This document shows positions 35,104-44,859 of a stretch of DNA of 64,000 nucleotides, piece by piece. This stretch comes from Candidatus Atelocyanobacterium thalassae (lineage in GTDB: Bacteria; Cyanobacteriota; Cyanobacteriia; Cyanobacteriales; Microcystaceae), in the NCBI GenBank assembly GCA_051971635.1, contig JBFPLN010000003.1:32001-96000 (forward strand), given 5' to 3'. The position numbers and the translations under genes are program-made. Position 1 is the first letter of the stretch. Every line of letters starts with the position of its first letter. The notes beneath the pieces were generated by a model. That model saw only the letters and a program-made list of their open reading frames with translations. It had not been told where the DNA came from and did not search any database.

Positions 35104-36918
35104 ATGCACCTAATAGATTGGATTGTTGTCTTAATTTATTTTTTTGTAACTACTATCTTAGGATTATTTATCTCTTATAAAAAAAAAATACCTGTCCAAA
35201 ATACAGAAAAAAATACTTATTTTATTAGCAATTTACTTGCGGGAAGGAATTTATCATGGTGGTTAGCAGGAACAAGTATGGCTGCAACAACATTTTCTAT
35301 AGATACTCCTTTATATATATGTGGTATAGTTGCAAGTCGTGGAATTGCTGGAAATTGGGAATGGTGGAGCTTTGGAATCTCTAACATTTTTTTAATATAT
35401 GTTTTTGCTGGTATGTGGAGAAGATCAGGATTATTAACAGACGCTGAGATTACTGAACTTAGATATGGTGGAAAAACTGCAGCTATTCTACGGGCTACTA
35501 AAGCATTTTTATTCGCCATACCAATCAACTGTATTGGCATAGGATATGCCATGTTGGCTATGATTAAAGTAGTTGATGCTTTAGAATTGTGGCAGAGTTT
35601 AGGCCTGAACCTTGGTGAAGGAGCTAAACTTTGGACAATAATGTCCTTAAATTTTTTTGTTCTAACTTATACAAGTATATCAGGGCTTTGGGGTGTAGTA
35701 ATAACAGATTTTTTTCAATTTTTTTTAGGACTGGCCGGTTCAATAATATTATCTATTGTTACCGTCCATGATGCAGGAGGAATAGGTAAATTAATTTTAG
35801 ATGTTCAAAATATAACTGATTTTGATGTGTTATCTTTTATTCCTATTACTTATGATGGATATCTTAATTTTTCGTGGAATGATGCAGCAGGAATAACAGC
35901 TACCACATTCTCTACTTATATATTTGTACAATGGTGGTCATTTAGACGTAGTGATGGAGGTGGGGAATTTGTTCAAAGATTACTATCAGTAAAAGGAGAG
36001 ACAGAAGTTAAAGCAAAGTATGAGGCAGAAAAAGCAACTTGGCTTTTCAATATTCTTAATTATGTTATCAGAACCTGGCCATGGATATTGACAGCATTAG
36101 CTTCTATTGTCTTATTACCTGATTTGGCGGATCCTGAACTAGGATATCCTAAGCTTATGATAACTTATTTACCACCTGTAGCTCTTGGGTTAGTTGTTTC
36201 ATCCTTAATTGCTGCTTTTATGAGCACGATTTCCACCTCAATTAATTGGGGGGCCTCTTATCTAAGTAACGATTTATATAAGCGTTTTTTCCATCCTGAA
36301 GCTTCTGATCGTGAATTGACTATTGTTGTTAGAATAGCCTCCATTATAGTAATAATATTAGGATCTATTACTGCTTTTTATGCAGAAGATATTCGTACAA
36401 TATTTCGTATAGTAATTTCTATCGGGACTGGTCCCGGCCTGGTCTTAATCTTAAGATGGTACTGGTTTCGCATTAATGCTGCAGCTGAATTATCAGCAAT
36501 GATTGCAGGATTTATTGTTGGATTAGTATCAACTTTTGATTTAACTTTTAATACAATTTTTTTTGATTTTGGTTGGAGATTAGTAATAATATCGATTATT
36601 ACTACGGTAGTGTGGGTTACTACAATGTTTTTAACTCCTCCCGAAAATGAGGAAACATTAATTAATTTTTATAGACATATACGTCCAGGCGGAAGAGGTT
36701 GGTATCTTCAGCAACAAATAACTGGACTAAAACCAGCTCAAAGTTTAAAGGTAGATTTGTTGAAAGTATTTTCAGCTCTTCTAATACTATTTGGTAGTAT
36801 GTTCACTGTCGGCGGCTTTTTACTTCTGCAGCCAATAACTGGATCAATTTCATTTATATTTGCAGTTGTTGGGGGAGTATGTCTGAAAAACCTCAAGGGA
36901 AAGGAAATAAGTTTTTAA
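35104..36918 (+). CDS. Sodium:solute symporter family protein
   Basis: LAGRNLSWWLAGTSMAATTF, SGLWGVVITD, QRLLS, AAFMST; many TM helices. Confidence 0.92.
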   Translation: MHLIDWIVVLIYFFVTTILGLFISYKKKIPVQNTEKNTYFISNLLAGRNLSWWLAGTSMAATTFSIDTPLYICGIVASRGIAGNWEWWSFGISNIFLIYVFAGMWRRSGLLTDAEITELRYGGKTAAILRATKAFLFAIPINCIGIGYAMLAMIKVVDALELWQSLGLNLGEGAKLWTIMSLNFFVLTYTSISGLWGVVITDFFQFFLGLAGSIILSIVTVHDAGGIGKLILDVQNITDFDVLSFIPITYDGYLNFSWNDAAGITATTFSTYIFVQWWSFRRSDGGGEFVQRLLSVKGETEVKAKYEAEKATWLFNILNYVIRTWPWILTALASIVLLPDLADPELGYPKLMITYLPPVALGLVVSSLIAAFMSTISTSINWGASYLSNDLYKRFFHPEASDRELTIVVRIASIIVIILGSITAFYAEDIRTIFRIVISIGTGPGLVLILRWYWFRINAAAELSAMIAGFIVGLVSTFDLTFNTIFFDFGWRLVIISIITTVVWVTTMFLTPPENEETLINFYRHIRPGGRGWYLQQQITGLKPAQSLKVDLLKVFSALLILFGSMFTVGGFLLLQPITGSISFIFAVVGGVCLKNLKGKEISF

Positions 36919-36944
36919 ATATAATGTCTATCTATTATGAAAGG

Positions 36945-37030
36945 GTTGATTAAAAGCTTAAAAAGTAATAAAGACCTTTATGGATTTTTATCTATAAAGG
37001 TCTTTATTACTTTTTAAGCTTTTAATCAAC
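36945..37030. repeat. Perfect inverted repeat with 37-bp arms (41 bp with one G:T) between convergent genes, overlapping the rpmA 3' end
   Basis: gttgattaaaagcttaaaaagtaataaagacctttat (36945-36981) / ataaaggtctttattactttttaagcttttaatcaac (36994-37030). Confidence 0.92.
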
Positions 37031-37282
37031 TATTGGATATACACTTACTTTTTTACGACTTTTCGTTTTATGTTCAAAAGTTACAACTCCATCAACTAAA
37101 GCAAACAAGGTATCATCTTTACCTATACCTACATTATTTCCTGGATGTACTTTGGTTCCTCTTTGACGAATCAAAATATTTCCTGCTTTGACTATTTGCC
37201 CGCCAAAACGTTTAACTCCAAGCCTTTGAGAATTAGAATCGCGTCCATTTCGAGTACTACCTGTTCCTTTCTTATGAGCCAT
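37022..37282 (-). CDS. rpmA: 50S ribosomal protein L27
   Basis: [28 protein letters not shown]. Confidence 0.98.
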   Translation of the reverse strand: MAHKKGTGSTRNGRDSNSQRLGVKRFGGQIVKAGNILIRQRGTKVHPGNNVGIGKDDTLFALVDGVVTFEHKTKSRKKVSVYPIVD

Positions 37283-37337
37283 AATGTTTTTCTAGTTATT
37301 TTCTATGGTTTTATAAAAATAATTTGCCTTTATAGAC

Positions 37338-37718
37338 TTATCCCTCTTTTGTTATATCTTCCTCAACAGAAGCTTTTGGAGAGTTTGTGCAAATAGCTGA
37401 ACCATTAAGACTAATAGAATTAATCATTAAACGACTAAGTTCTTGACGATGTCCTCTTTTCTTCCGCGTTTTTTTCTTAGGGCGCATTTTATAGACAATA
37501 ATCTTTTGTCCCCGACGCTCTCTAAGTACAGTTCCTTCTACTGTAGCTCCCTCAATAAAAGGGTATCCAATAGTTACTTTGTTGTCGTTACTAATCAATA
37601 GTACTTTGTCAATCACATAAGAGTTGTTACTATCAGTAGTAAGACGGTTCATATCATAAAAGCGACCAGGCTCGACACGAAACTGCGCCCCTCCGGCCTC
37701 AACAATTGCATAATTCAT
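37338..37718 (-). CDS. rplU: 50S ribosomal protein L21
   Basis: YAIVEAGG, VYKMRPKKKTRKKRGHRQ; upstream of rpmA. Confidence 0.97.
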   Translation of the reverse strand: MNYAIVEAGGAQFRVEPGRFYDMNRLTTDSNNSYVIDKVLLISNDNKVTIGYPFIEGATVEGTVLRERRGQKIIVYKMRPKKKTRKKRGHRQELSRLMINSISLNGSAICTNSPKASVEEDITKEG

Positions 37719-37739
37719 AACTTTGTCCTTGATGTTAAT

Positions 37740-37806
37740 TGCCGTACAGGTAGAATAACAACGAATATTCTTATCCTTTTGTTCATACTGTAACCTGATC
37801 CGAGCA
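37740..37806 (-). promoter_or_regulatory. Putative structured rplU 5' leader
   Basis: mRNA UGCUCG-GAU-CAGGU ... ACCUG-UA-CGGCA forms a nested GC-rich stem in an AT-rich spacer. Confidence 0.5.
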
Positions 37807-37829
37807 GGATTTCGTCAAAACCCTATAAT

Positions 37830-37857
37830 ATCATACTATTATTATGCTTTATGTCAA
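37830..37857 (-). promoter_or_regulatory. sigma70 promoter of rplU-rpmA
   Basis: TTGACA-16 nt-TATGAT on the minus strand. Confidence 0.6.
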
Positions 37858-38003
37858 ATAATTGTTAAGCTATGGTTAATGTTTAATTGCACAGATTATT
37901 AGTCTTGTACTTTGCTTGGAGATGCAAGAAGCAAAAAACTACTAACTTATATAAAAATACTTTTTAAAGAACAAAATTACTTAATAAAAACTATTCCAAT
38001 AAT

Positions 38004-38354
38004 ATGTACCAGGATCAATCTATTCCAACTATTACAGTAAAAGAACTTGCTGAATATCTTGTAAAAGATATTTCTGAATTACAGTTAATAGACGTAAGAG
38101 AACCAGAAGAAGTAAAAATAGCTAATATCAAAGGCTTTAAAATATTTTCCTTAAGTCAGTTTCATGAATGGTCTAAAACAATTATTTATGATCTAGATTT
38201 TAATAAAGAGACATTAGTTCTTTGTCATCATGGAGTAAGGTCTTCTCAAGTATGTTTTTGGTTACTTCAAACTGGTTTTGTTAATGTTAAAAACATCCAA
38301 GGAGGAATTGCTGCTTACTCTTCAATAATTGATAATGGCATTCCTCAATATTAA
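38004..38354 (+). CDS. Rhodanese-domain protein
   Basis: LIDVREPEE, LCHHGVRS, NIQGGI. Confidence 0.92.
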   Translation: MYQDQSIPTITVKELAEYLVKDISELQLIDVREPEEVKIANIKGFKIFSLSQFHEWSKTIIYDLDFNKETLVLCHHGVRSSQVCFWLLQTGFVNVKNIQGGIAAYSSIIDNGIPQY

Positions 38355-38406
38355 GTGAGAGAAAAGTAGTTATTTCGTCAATGTTACATTTAAAAATTAC
38401 ATTGTT

Positions 38407-39483
38407 ATGACTGTTCCCTTTTTTTTAAATCAAAGATATCAAAAAATACTACGAGCAGCAGTTCAACATTATATTGCTACAGCAGAACCTGTTGGTTCTA
38501 ATACTTTAGTTAGAGAATATAATTTAAGTATTAGTCCAGCAACTATTCGTAATACACTAGGAAGACTAGAAAAAGCTGGATTCCTATATCAACCTCATAT
38601 ATCTGCTGGTAGAATACCATCTGATTTTGGTTATCGAATATACGTAGACAACTTAATGACTCCGGACCATAATTGTATAAAAAAAATTAAACGTGAGTTA
38701 AATCAACAATTAGATCCAAAGATTTATGACTGTAACGAAACTTTTTTACAAAAAGTAGCTCAAGTATTAACTAATTTAAGTGGTTATATAGCTCTTGTTA
38801 CTCTTCCTAAGGTGTTCCCAAATAAACTACACCACTTACAGTTAATACAGGTATCCTCAAAACAAATAATATTTGTTGTTGTCACTAATGATTATAAAAC
38901 TCAATCTATCTTAGTAGATATTCCATCTGTTTTAATTCACGATAATAAAGATTGGCTAGATAAAAAATTACAAATTTTTTCTAATTTTTTGAATAGCCAC
39001 TTAAAGGGAAAATCTATGTTAGATATTCCTAGTTCAACTTGGCAAAAAATAGACCAAGACTTTATTAATTATTCTGATTTTCTAAAAGGACTTCTTAAAC
39101 AATTAAAAAATAATCTTCAATTGTCTATTTCTACTCAAATAATAATTCATGGTGTCTCAGAAATTTTGAGACAACCTGAGTTCTCCCAATTGAAACAAAT
39201 AAAAATGCTAATTCGTTTATTAGAAGAGGAACAAGATAAACTACATTCACTAATTTTAGATTTTCCTGGAAGTAAAATATCCAATAATCAAGTAAACATT
39301 AGAATTGGAAACGAAAACCCTTTGAAATCTATGCATCTTTATAGTTTAATTTATTCAACTTATTGTCAACGTAACATTCCAATTGGAAGCGTAGGAATCA
39401 TTGGTCCGACACGAATGTTGTATAAAAATACTATTCCTCTTGTAGAATCAACGGCAGATTATTTGTCTAAGATATTCAGTTAA
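38407..39483 (+). CDS. hrcA: Heat-inducible transcription repressor
   Basis: YIATAEPVGS, SPATIRN, QPHISAGRIPSD.GYR.YVD, IIGPTRM.Y. Confidence 0.95.
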   Translation: MTVPFFLNQRYQKILRAAVQHYIATAEPVGSNTLVREYNLSISPATIRNTLGRLEKAGFLYQPHISAGRIPSDFGYRIYVDNLMTPDHNCIKKIKRELNQQLDPKIYDCNETFLQKVAQVLTNLSGYIALVTLPKVFPNKLHHLQLIQVSSKQIIFVVVTNDYKTQSILVDIPSVLIHDNKDWLDKKLQIFSNFLNSHLKGKSMLDIPSSTWQKIDQDFINYSDFLKGLLKQLKNNLQLSISTQIIIHGVSEILRQPEFSQLKQIKMLIRLLEEEQDKLHSLILDFPGSKISNNQVNIRIGNENPLKSMHLYSLIYSTYCQRNIPIGSVGIIGPTRMLYKNTIPLVESTADYLSKIFS

Positions 39484-39982
39484 TTTCTGTATCTTGTATA
39501 AATATGGTAATTGATTTACCTAGATGCTAATATTACTCATATGGTTAAATTTTAATTTCTTATATTGTATAAACAATTTAAAATTTTTTGATCTTAGATA
39601 ATTGCAATTGAAAATAAGTTAATTATTAAATAATTAATATTTATCAGCTATTTAATAGCGTAGAAGAATATACCTTATGTGACCAAAAGAATATATTTTT
39701 GGTGAGAGTATATGGTTGTGAGAACATTAATACTTGAGCAAAATAAATTAGATATTAAATTTATATTAGATACTAATATTGAATTTAATTTTTTTTGATG
39801 AAATATTACATCTCTTAGTGTACTTCTTCAGTAAGTTTTATAAATTATATTCTAGATTTATATAAAAAAATTTAGTACAAAAAATTAGCGAACAAATAGA
39901 AATTCATGACGATTTTTTACTTGTCATCCTTTTCAGTAAACTGCTATATTAAAATGCTTATAAATCTAAGTTGAGGTTATCT

Positions 39983-40537
39983 TTGCAAAAATTACTTAAC
40001 ATCGCTAAGGTTATAGATGCTATTAATGAATGGATGGGCAGATTTGCCTATTGGTTAATCTTATTAATGATCTTTATAGGTGTTTGGAATGTTGTAGGGA
40101 GATATGTAGGAAGATTCCTTGGATATACTTTGACTTCCAATGCACTTATTGAAATACAGTGGTATTTATTTGATATTGTTTTTTTCTTAGGAGCAGCATA
40201 TACTCTGAAGCATAATGGACATGTTAGGGTAGATGTCTTTTATAAAGATTTATCATTAAAACAAAAAGCATTAGTCGACTTTATAGGTACTTTTATCTTC
40301 TTAATTCCATTTTGCTTAGTAATAATTTACTATTCTTGGGATAATATTATAAATTCCTGGAGATATTTAGAAACATCTCCGGATCCTGGTGGTTTAGCTC
40401 GCTATCCTATAAAGTCGATGATTATTGTCAGCAGCATATCGCTGATTTTTCAGGGAATATCTGAAGCTATAAAAAGTTTAAGTAAAATCAAAAAGCAATT
40501 AAACTCTCAGGAGGAAAACCATGATCCAAATATATGA
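39983..40537 (+). CDS. dctQ: TRAP transporter small permease (probable TTG start at 39983)
   Basis: EIQWYLF, HVRVDVFY, SPDPGGL; GAGG before TTG 39983. Confidence 0.9.
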   Translation: MQKLLNIAKVIDAINEWMGRFAYWLILLMIFIGVWNVVGRYVGRFLGYTLTSNALIEIQWYLFDIVFFLGAAYTLKHNGHVRVDVFYKDLSLKQKALVDFIGTFIFLIPFCLVIIYYSWDNIINSWRYLETSPDPGGLARYPIKSMIIVSSISLIFQGISEAIKSLSKIKKQLNSQEENHDPNI

Positions 40538-41867
40538 TGGATTAGGTCCACTCATGTTTACTGTAGCGTTAGTTCTACTATCGTTAGGATATCCAGTTGC
40601 TTTTTCTTTAGGTGGAGTATCTATAATCTTCGCTTGTATTGGGGTATCTCTAGGAATTTTTAATCCAGTTTTTTTAAGTGCATTGCCAAGTAGAATTTTT
40701 GGCATCATGGGGAACTATACTTTATTAGCTATTCCTTATTTTATTTTTCTAGGTTCAATGCTTGAGAAGACAGGCATTGCTGAAAAATTATTATTAACTA
40801 TGGGAATACTGTTTGGTAAATTGCGTGGAGGATTAGCATTAGCAGTTGTTATTGTGGGAGCACTATTAGCTGCAACTACTGGAGTAGTTGCAGCTACTGT
40901 CGTAGCTATGGGATTAATTTCTCTTCCAATTATGTTGCGCTATGGATATAATAAACAACTTGCAGCAGGTGTAATAGTAGCTTCAGGAACATTAGGTCAA
41001 TTAATTCCGCCTAGTATAGTTTTAGTTGTATTAGCTGACCAATTAAGTATTCCTGTTGGAAATTTATTTATTGGCTCAATTGTTCCAGGTTTAATGATGG
41101 CAAGTGTTTTTGCTCTACATGTCATCATAATCGCCAGCATACGTCCAGATATTGCACCTGCGATCCCTAAAGAAGAGAGAAGTATTGGTATAAAAGCATT
41201 AGTTAAGCAAGTCATACAAGCTATGCTTCCGCCTCTGTTGCTTATTTTTTTAGTCATGGGAAGTATTTTTTTTGGCTTTGCCACTCCAACAGAGGCAGGA
41301 GCTGTAGGTGCTTTAGGAACTATTATTTTGGCTGCTTTTAATAGACAACTAAATTGGATAACTCTTAGGCAAGTCTGTGATACTACGTTACGTATCAGTA
41401 CCATGGTAATTTTTATACTTTTTGGATCAACAGCTTTTAGTTTAGTTTTTCGAGGAGTGCATGGAGATCAGTTTATGCTGGATATATTAACAACACTCCC
41501 AGGAGGAAAATATAGCTTCTTGATTGTTAGTATGTTGACAGTTTTTATATTAGGATTTTTTATTGACTTTTTTGAAATAGCTTTTATAGTTATTCCTATC
41601 TTTAAACCTGTTGCTGAAACTTTAGGTATAGACTTACTTTGGTACGGGGTTATTTTAGCAGCAAATTTGCAAACTTCTTTTTTAACTCCTCCTTTCGGAT
41701 TTGCTCTTTTTTATTTAAGAGGAGTAGCTCCCCCAGAAATAAAAACAGAAGAAATTTATTATGGTGTGATTCCTTTCATTTTACTTCAATTATTGGTGCT
41801 AATTTTAATTGTTATCTTTCCTTCTTTTGTAAACTTTTTACCCTCTTTAAGTACCCATATTAGGTAA
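40521..41867 (+). CDS. dctM: TRAP transporter large permease
   Basis: GYPVAFSLG, GTLGQLIPPS, ATPTEA, FLTPPFG; overlaps dctQ. Confidence 0.93.
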   Translation: MIQIYDGLGPLMFTVALVLLSLGYPVAFSLGGVSIIFACIGVSLGIFNPVFLSALPSRIFGIMGNYTLLAIPYFIFLGSMLEKTGIAEKLLLTMGILFGKLRGGLALAVVIVGALLAATTGVVAATVVAMGLISLPIMLRYGYNKQLAAGVIVASGTLGQLIPPSIVLVVLADQLSIPVGNLFIGSIVPGLMMASVFALHVIIIASIRPDIAPAIPKEERSIGIKALVKQVIQAMLPPLLLIFLVMGSIFFGFATPTEAGAVGALGTIILAAFNRQLNWITLRQVCDTTLRISTMVIFILFGSTAFSLVFRGVHGDQFMLDILTTLPGGKYSFLIVSMLTVFILGFFIDFFEIAFIVIPIFKPVAETLGIDLLWYGVILAANLQTSFLTPPFGFALFYLRGVAPPEIKTEEIYYGVIPFILLQLLVLILIVIFPSFVNFLPSLSTHIR

Positions 41868-42190
41868 TCATATGTAAAGCTATAGATTGGTTATCTAATT
41901 GTTGTTTAACTGTATATCCAGAATACTTGAATCAGAATATATAAAAGGATTCGATGAAAGCTATGCGATGGTTGTTAATCTATTTATTTTTTATAGAGAT
42001 GTATTATAAAAGAACCTATTAAATTATTATTTAGAATAGGAATGAGTAATAAACATAAATTAAAAATATTTCTATTAAAATAAAAGATATTTATGTTCCG
42101 GTTTCTAATAATTATTTTAAACAGGTAATGCATAGAAATAGCGACTACTTACTAGATTTTTTCTAGAATCAAATTTTTTAATATTTAATT

Positions 42191-42796
42191 ATGAACTTTT
42201 TTCGTGATCAAGTGAATAATTTTACGGGCAAGACTCGTTTTCTAGTTACCCGTATTTTTTTGCATCTTTCAGGAGAAGATATAACTCCTTTACTAGGAAT
42301 TCTTAACAGAGAAGCACGAGTAGCAATAGAACAGGAAGGAGATTTACTTATAATGGGAGAAGGTTTGGTTAAAATTTGCCAATATCTTCTTCAGTTCAAC
42401 TTTAATTGGCAATCTTCTGCTAATGAAGGAGATGTCTTTTGGGAAGAAGAGATGGCAGGAGATTATTTTAATGAACTTTTTACTGATTCAGCGCAACGTT
42501 ACTTAAGTAGTGAAGACTTACAATTGGATCAAAAAAGAGAAGATACTACTCTAGTTTTACCAGCTAATCATAATTTAGTTATTATGATTACTATTGCTTG
42601 TACAGGAGAAGTACCAGATCTAGAAACTAACCTTGCTGATAAAGAGGCATTAGAATATGGATTAAAAGCTTTATTAAACCTTCAGTATCAAGAACGTTTA
42701 GAGGCACTACAAATTCACTACTCTCCAGCACACTTTGGTGATGAACTTACCAATGATCAACTATTAATAAACTTTCCTGAATTAATTCCTTTGTAA
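42191..42796 (+). CDS. Soluble DUF1517-domain protein
   Basis: C-terminal LEALQIHYSPAHFGDELTNDQLLINFPELIPL resembles the DUF1517 terminus; no TM segment. Confidence 0.72.
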   Translation: MNFFRDQVNNFTGKTRFLVTRIFLHLSGEDITPLLGILNREARVAIEQEGDLLIMGEGLVKICQYLLQFNFNWQSSANEGDVFWEEEMAGDYFNELFTDSAQRYLSSEDLQLDQKREDTTLVLPANHNLVIMITIACTGEVPDLETNLADKEALEYGLKALLNLQYQERLEALQIHYSPAHFGDELTNDQLLINFPELIPL

Positions 42797-42809
42797 ACTT
42801 ATTAAGACA

Positions 42810-43652
42810 ATGCGCAAAACACTTATTATTTTTTTATCATTTACTCTTTGTTTAATGACCATATCTTGTGGATCTTCAACATTAAACAAATCTCTACCAG
42901 ATAACAATATAAAAACTACTATTTCTAACCAAGTTAAAGATGGAAGTTATCCTATACAACAAGCAGAATATAATGATATTAACGGAATATATGCTTTAAC
43001 ATTACTTAATACTCCTCCTGGAACATCTTCCACATATAGTACAGATAATTTACAAATGGCTAGGCTAACACCTGAGCAAATAGCTGACGGCAAAAATAAT
43101 TACTTAGACATTACTAGAGATGCAGTAGTAATGTATATTAAAGAAGATTTTAAAATAGAGTATATTCATAATGTCATTGAACCACAAACTAATTCTCAAA
43201 CAGAAGCTCCCAGAAATGTAGTAAGAAGAGAATCTAGCTTCTGGAGTCCTTTTGCAGGTGCCATGGCAGGTCAAGCACTTGGAAGTATCTTATTCTCTCC
43301 CCAATATTATGTCCCTCCAATATATCGTTCTGGACAAGTTATGAATGGTTATGGTAGCTATGGTAACAATTATAATCAAGCTGTTCAAAGCTATCGGAAC
43401 AAATTCAACACTGCACCACCAGCAGTAAAAAATAAGCAGACTTTTAGAACAACAAGTAATTTACGAAAATCTACCCCAAATTTACGTAACTCTAGGAAAG
43501 GAGCATTGCGTTCTAGTGGTTCTGGTTTTGGCTCAAGCAATTTAAGAAAAGGTAACAAATCAAGACCTAGTATTAGAAGTAACTCTAGTTTCGGATCAAG
43601 AAACTCCTTCCGATCTCGCCCTTCTAGAAGTAGTTTTAGAAGAAGACGTTAA
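42810..43652 (+). CDS. Hypothetical lipoprotein with Gly-rich hydrophobic segment and Arg/Ser-rich tail
   Basis: Signal peptide and lipobox (TISC); SSFWSPFAGAMAGQALG; ends SRNSFRSRPSRSSFRRRR; 13 nt after the DUF1517 gene. Confidence 0.8.
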   Translation: MRKTLIIFLSFTLCLMTISCGSSTLNKSLPDNNIKTTISNQVKDGSYPIQQAEYNDINGIYALTLLNTPPGTSSTYSTDNLQMARLTPEQIADGKNNYLDITRDAVVMYIKEDFKIEYIHNVIEPQTNSQTEAPRNVVRRESSFWSPFAGAMAGQALGSILFSPQYYVPPIYRSGQVMNGYGSYGNNYNQAVQSYRNKFNTAPPAVKNKQTFRTTSNLRKSTPNLRNSRKGALRSSGSGFGSSNLRKGNKSRPSIRSNSSFGSRNSFRSRPSRSSFRRRR

Positions 43653-43659
43653 CTACATT

Positions 43660-43712
43660 AGTAGTGGGGATCGAGACTGAAATATCTTTCAGTCTCGATC
43701 CCTACTATTTAT
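43660..43712 (+). terminator. Intrinsic terminator after the lipoprotein gene
   Basis: gggatcgagactgaaa-tatc-tttcagtctcgatccc 16-bp stem, extended by G:U pairs, then tttt. Confidence 0.85.
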
Positions 43713-43797
43713 AAAACCAAACGTATATAAAATTCATAAGCTGATTGAAATTAATAGTTTTTTTATATCTATATTGTGGTGACTGATTAGTATAAAG

Positions 43798-43833
43798 ATA
43801 TAGTGTATTTTTAGAAGATTAAATACACTATAT
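43798..43833. repeat. 13-bp perfect inverted repeat upstream of mlaF
   Basis: atatagtgtattt-N10-aaatacactatat. Confidence 0.65.
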
Positions 43834-44012
43834 GAAATCTCTTACAATAGTTTTATTTTTATAAGAAACTATATTTTATTAGTATTCTTAACTAAATTTA
43901 TTTAATATATCTCTAAGAAGATTCTTATGAATATTAATTTCATATCCTGAAAAAAGCTATTATCATAATGTTCACATAATTTCTTATATATTAATCTCAA
44001 AAAAATAAATCA

Positions 44013-44798
44013 ATGAAAGGAGAACCATTAATTGAGTTAAAGAATGTTTCTAAATCTTTTGGTGGCTATAACATCCTAGATAACATTAATTTAACTATCT
44101 ATAGAGGGGAAGCTCTTGTCATTATAGGACCATCAGGCACAGGTAAATCAACTATTTTACGTCTTATAGCTGGTTTATTACCATTAGATACGGGGAAAAT
44201 TTATATTAAAGGTAAAGAACGTAAAGGCATTATTGAAGATGGTTACCAACCTATGAGAATCGCTTTAGTTTTCCAACAAGCGGCCTTATTTGATTCACTA
44301 ACAGTCGATGAAAATGTTGGCTTCTTCCTCTATGAACACTCCACATTATCTCATTCTAAAATTCGAAAACTAGTTGATAAAAAACTAGCAATGGTAGGAT
44401 TACATGGAATACGTGATCGCTATCCATCTCAACTTTCAGGAGGAATGCGCAAAAGAGTCAGTTTTGCTAGAGCTTTAATGTCTAATCCTGAGAATTACTT
44501 AGATAATCCAGAAATAGTTTTATATGATGAACCTACTGCTGGTTTAGATCCTATTTCCTCAACTGTTATCGAAAATTTAGTTCGTGATTTACAAAATGAT
44601 TTTGAAGGTTGTGGAAGTTATGTAATGGTATCTCACCAAGACAGTACAATTAGGCGTACTGCAGATAGAGTGATTTTTTTGTATGGTGGAAAAATTCAAT
44701 GGGAAGGAACAGTCAATGAAATTGACTCTACAAATAATCCTATTGTTCGGCAATTTTTTAATGCTAGTGTTAAAGGTCCTATTCGAGTAACTGATTAA
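44013..44798 (+). CDS. mlaF: ABC ATPase, MlaF/Mkl/TGD3 family
   Basis: GPSGTGKS, FQQAALFDSLTV, LSGGMRKRVSFARA, YDEPTAGLDP. Confidence 0.9.
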   Translation: MKGEPLIELKNVSKSFGGYNILDNINLTIYRGEALVIIGPSGTGKSTILRLIAGLLPLDTGKIYIKGKERKGIIEDGYQPMRIALVFQQAALFDSLTVDENVGFFLYEHSTLSHSKIRKLVDKKLAMVGLHGIRDRYPSQLSGGMRKRVSFARALMSNPENYLDNPEIVLYDEPTAGLDPISSTVIENLVRDLQNDFEGCGSYVMVSHQDSTIRRTADRVIFLYGGKIQWEGTVNEIDSTNNPIVRQFFNASVKGPIRVTD

Positions 44799-44859
44799 AC
44801 TATTGTATGAAAACAGTGGTTATTGTTAACTATTTTGTGGAACAATGTGAGGAAAAATT

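Noticed and set aside
35179..35188. A10 tract near the start of the symporter gene, and other A9 tracts, as phase-variation sites
   Set aside because: Frames are intact and poly-A Lys runs are expected at this base composition
41954..42022. 22-codon ORF MKAMRWLLIYLFFIEMYYKRTY after dctM, with AAAGGA upstream
   Set aside because: Too short and not similar to a DctP signal peptide; expected by chance
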